A DNA stretch of 64,000 nt from Amphiscolops sp. MND2022 (lineage: Eukaryota): NCBI GenBank assembly GCA_964187785.1, contig OZ076412.1, positions 80,354,001 through 80,418,000 on the forward strand, given 5' to 3'. The notes beneath the pieces were generated by a model. That model searched no databases. It was not told the origin of the DNA and saw nothing but the letters and a program-made list of their open reading frames with translations. Position 1 is the stretch's first letter; every line of letters begins with the position of its first letter. Positions 63,390 to 64,000 of the stretch are shown one piece after another. The translations under genes were made by a program, and so were the position numbers.

Positions 63390-63409
63390 AGTGATTTTTT
63401 ACTAAATAA

Positions 63410-63808
63410 ATGAAGTGTTTAATTTGTGGAAAAAGTAATGAAAAATCTGTCTGTTCGAATTGTGAGAGTAAAAAAAGATGTAAAGAATGTAATATACTGA
63501 AAACGGATTTTTATAAGTATAAAAATGATAAATTGTATAGTACATGTATAGAATGTTTCAATAAAAAAGTAATATGTGAATTCTGTAATAAGGAATTCAA
63601 TAAAACTTATTTATCAAAACATTTAAAAAGATGTATTATCAATCATGATAATAATAATTACACAAATAATGAAATTATAAATCATAATGAAAATCATGAT
63701 AATAATAATTATTATATTTATACTACTCTCTATGGCAAAAAATCGATAATTATACTACTCTCAATAGCACCACAAATACTCTCTGTGGTTCCAGCGAATT
63801 TTCGATGA
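63410..63808 (+). CDS. Cys-rich zinc-finger protein with Asn-rich tail, possibly 3'-truncated
   Basis: Five CxxC pairs, the last in CEFC...YLSKHLKRC; NHDNNN repeats follow. Confidence 0.6.
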   Translation: MKCLICGKSNEKSVCSNCESKKRCKECNILKTDFYKYKNDKLYSTCIECFNKKVICEFCNKEFNKTYLSKHLKRCIINHDNNNYTNNEIINHNENHDNNNYYIYTTLYGKKSIIILLSIAPQILSVVPANFR

Positions 63809-64000
63809 AGTCAAATACTGCAAAGAAGCAATAATTAATTACTACAAAAGCCCAAAAACGCTTTCACCAATAGCAAGAACAACTTTTCATATTTTTCTGT
63901 TCGAGTCATGACGTTTTAAAACGGTTTTCAGACGCCCAAACATTTTCGATGTACCTTTTGTGAACTATCAGACTCGCTATGTCTAGCAAGCGGAACTGTC

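Larger units (their letters stand above)
53955..63808. mobile_element. Polinton/Maverick (adintovirus-like) endogenous element; right end not identified
   Basis: Starts with AGTAGT exactly where a family A repeat is interrupted; carries pPolB, MCP, integrase and ATPase; intronless and very AT-rich. Confidence 0.92.

Noticed and set aside
63719..63759. TATACTACT twice, matching the reverse complement of the Polinton left tip
   Set aside because: The match is only 9 bp, there is no extended TIR, and it is not followed by GTCCAC or the resumed host repeat. It may still mark a breakpoint.

Overview
AT-rich eukaryotic (metazoan-type) genomic DNA with GT-AG introns; most of it is transposon-derived. 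Two host genes lie on the + strand. The first is an HP1/CBX-like gene at about 2.6-19.8 kb: the chromodomain and chromoshadow exons are clear, and four candidate internal exons are phase-consistent. The second is the 5' part of a PIKfyve/Fab1 gene (FYVE and DEP exons, 30.7-45.8 kb), which must continue beyond the window if it is intact. Downstream of the last visible PIKfyve exon are a BEL/Pao LTR retrotransposon with 132-bp LTRs (46263-53200) and an endogenous Polinton/Maverick (adintovirus-like) element starting at 53955. The Polinton carries a frameshifted protein-primed PolB, major capsid protein, DDE integrase, packaging ATPase and three small ORFs. Introns and intergenic DNA are filled by two Helentron-type (HINE/DINE-like) non-autonomous families, one with a 12x54-bp terminal array. 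They also hold a decayed Helitron-type Rep, many MITEs (hAT, Mutator, Tc1/mariner, CMC-like), tRNA-derived SINE-like heads, and a Penelope-like 3' fragment with a candidate hammerhead ribozyme. All assignments come from motif recognition by eye; no database searches were run.
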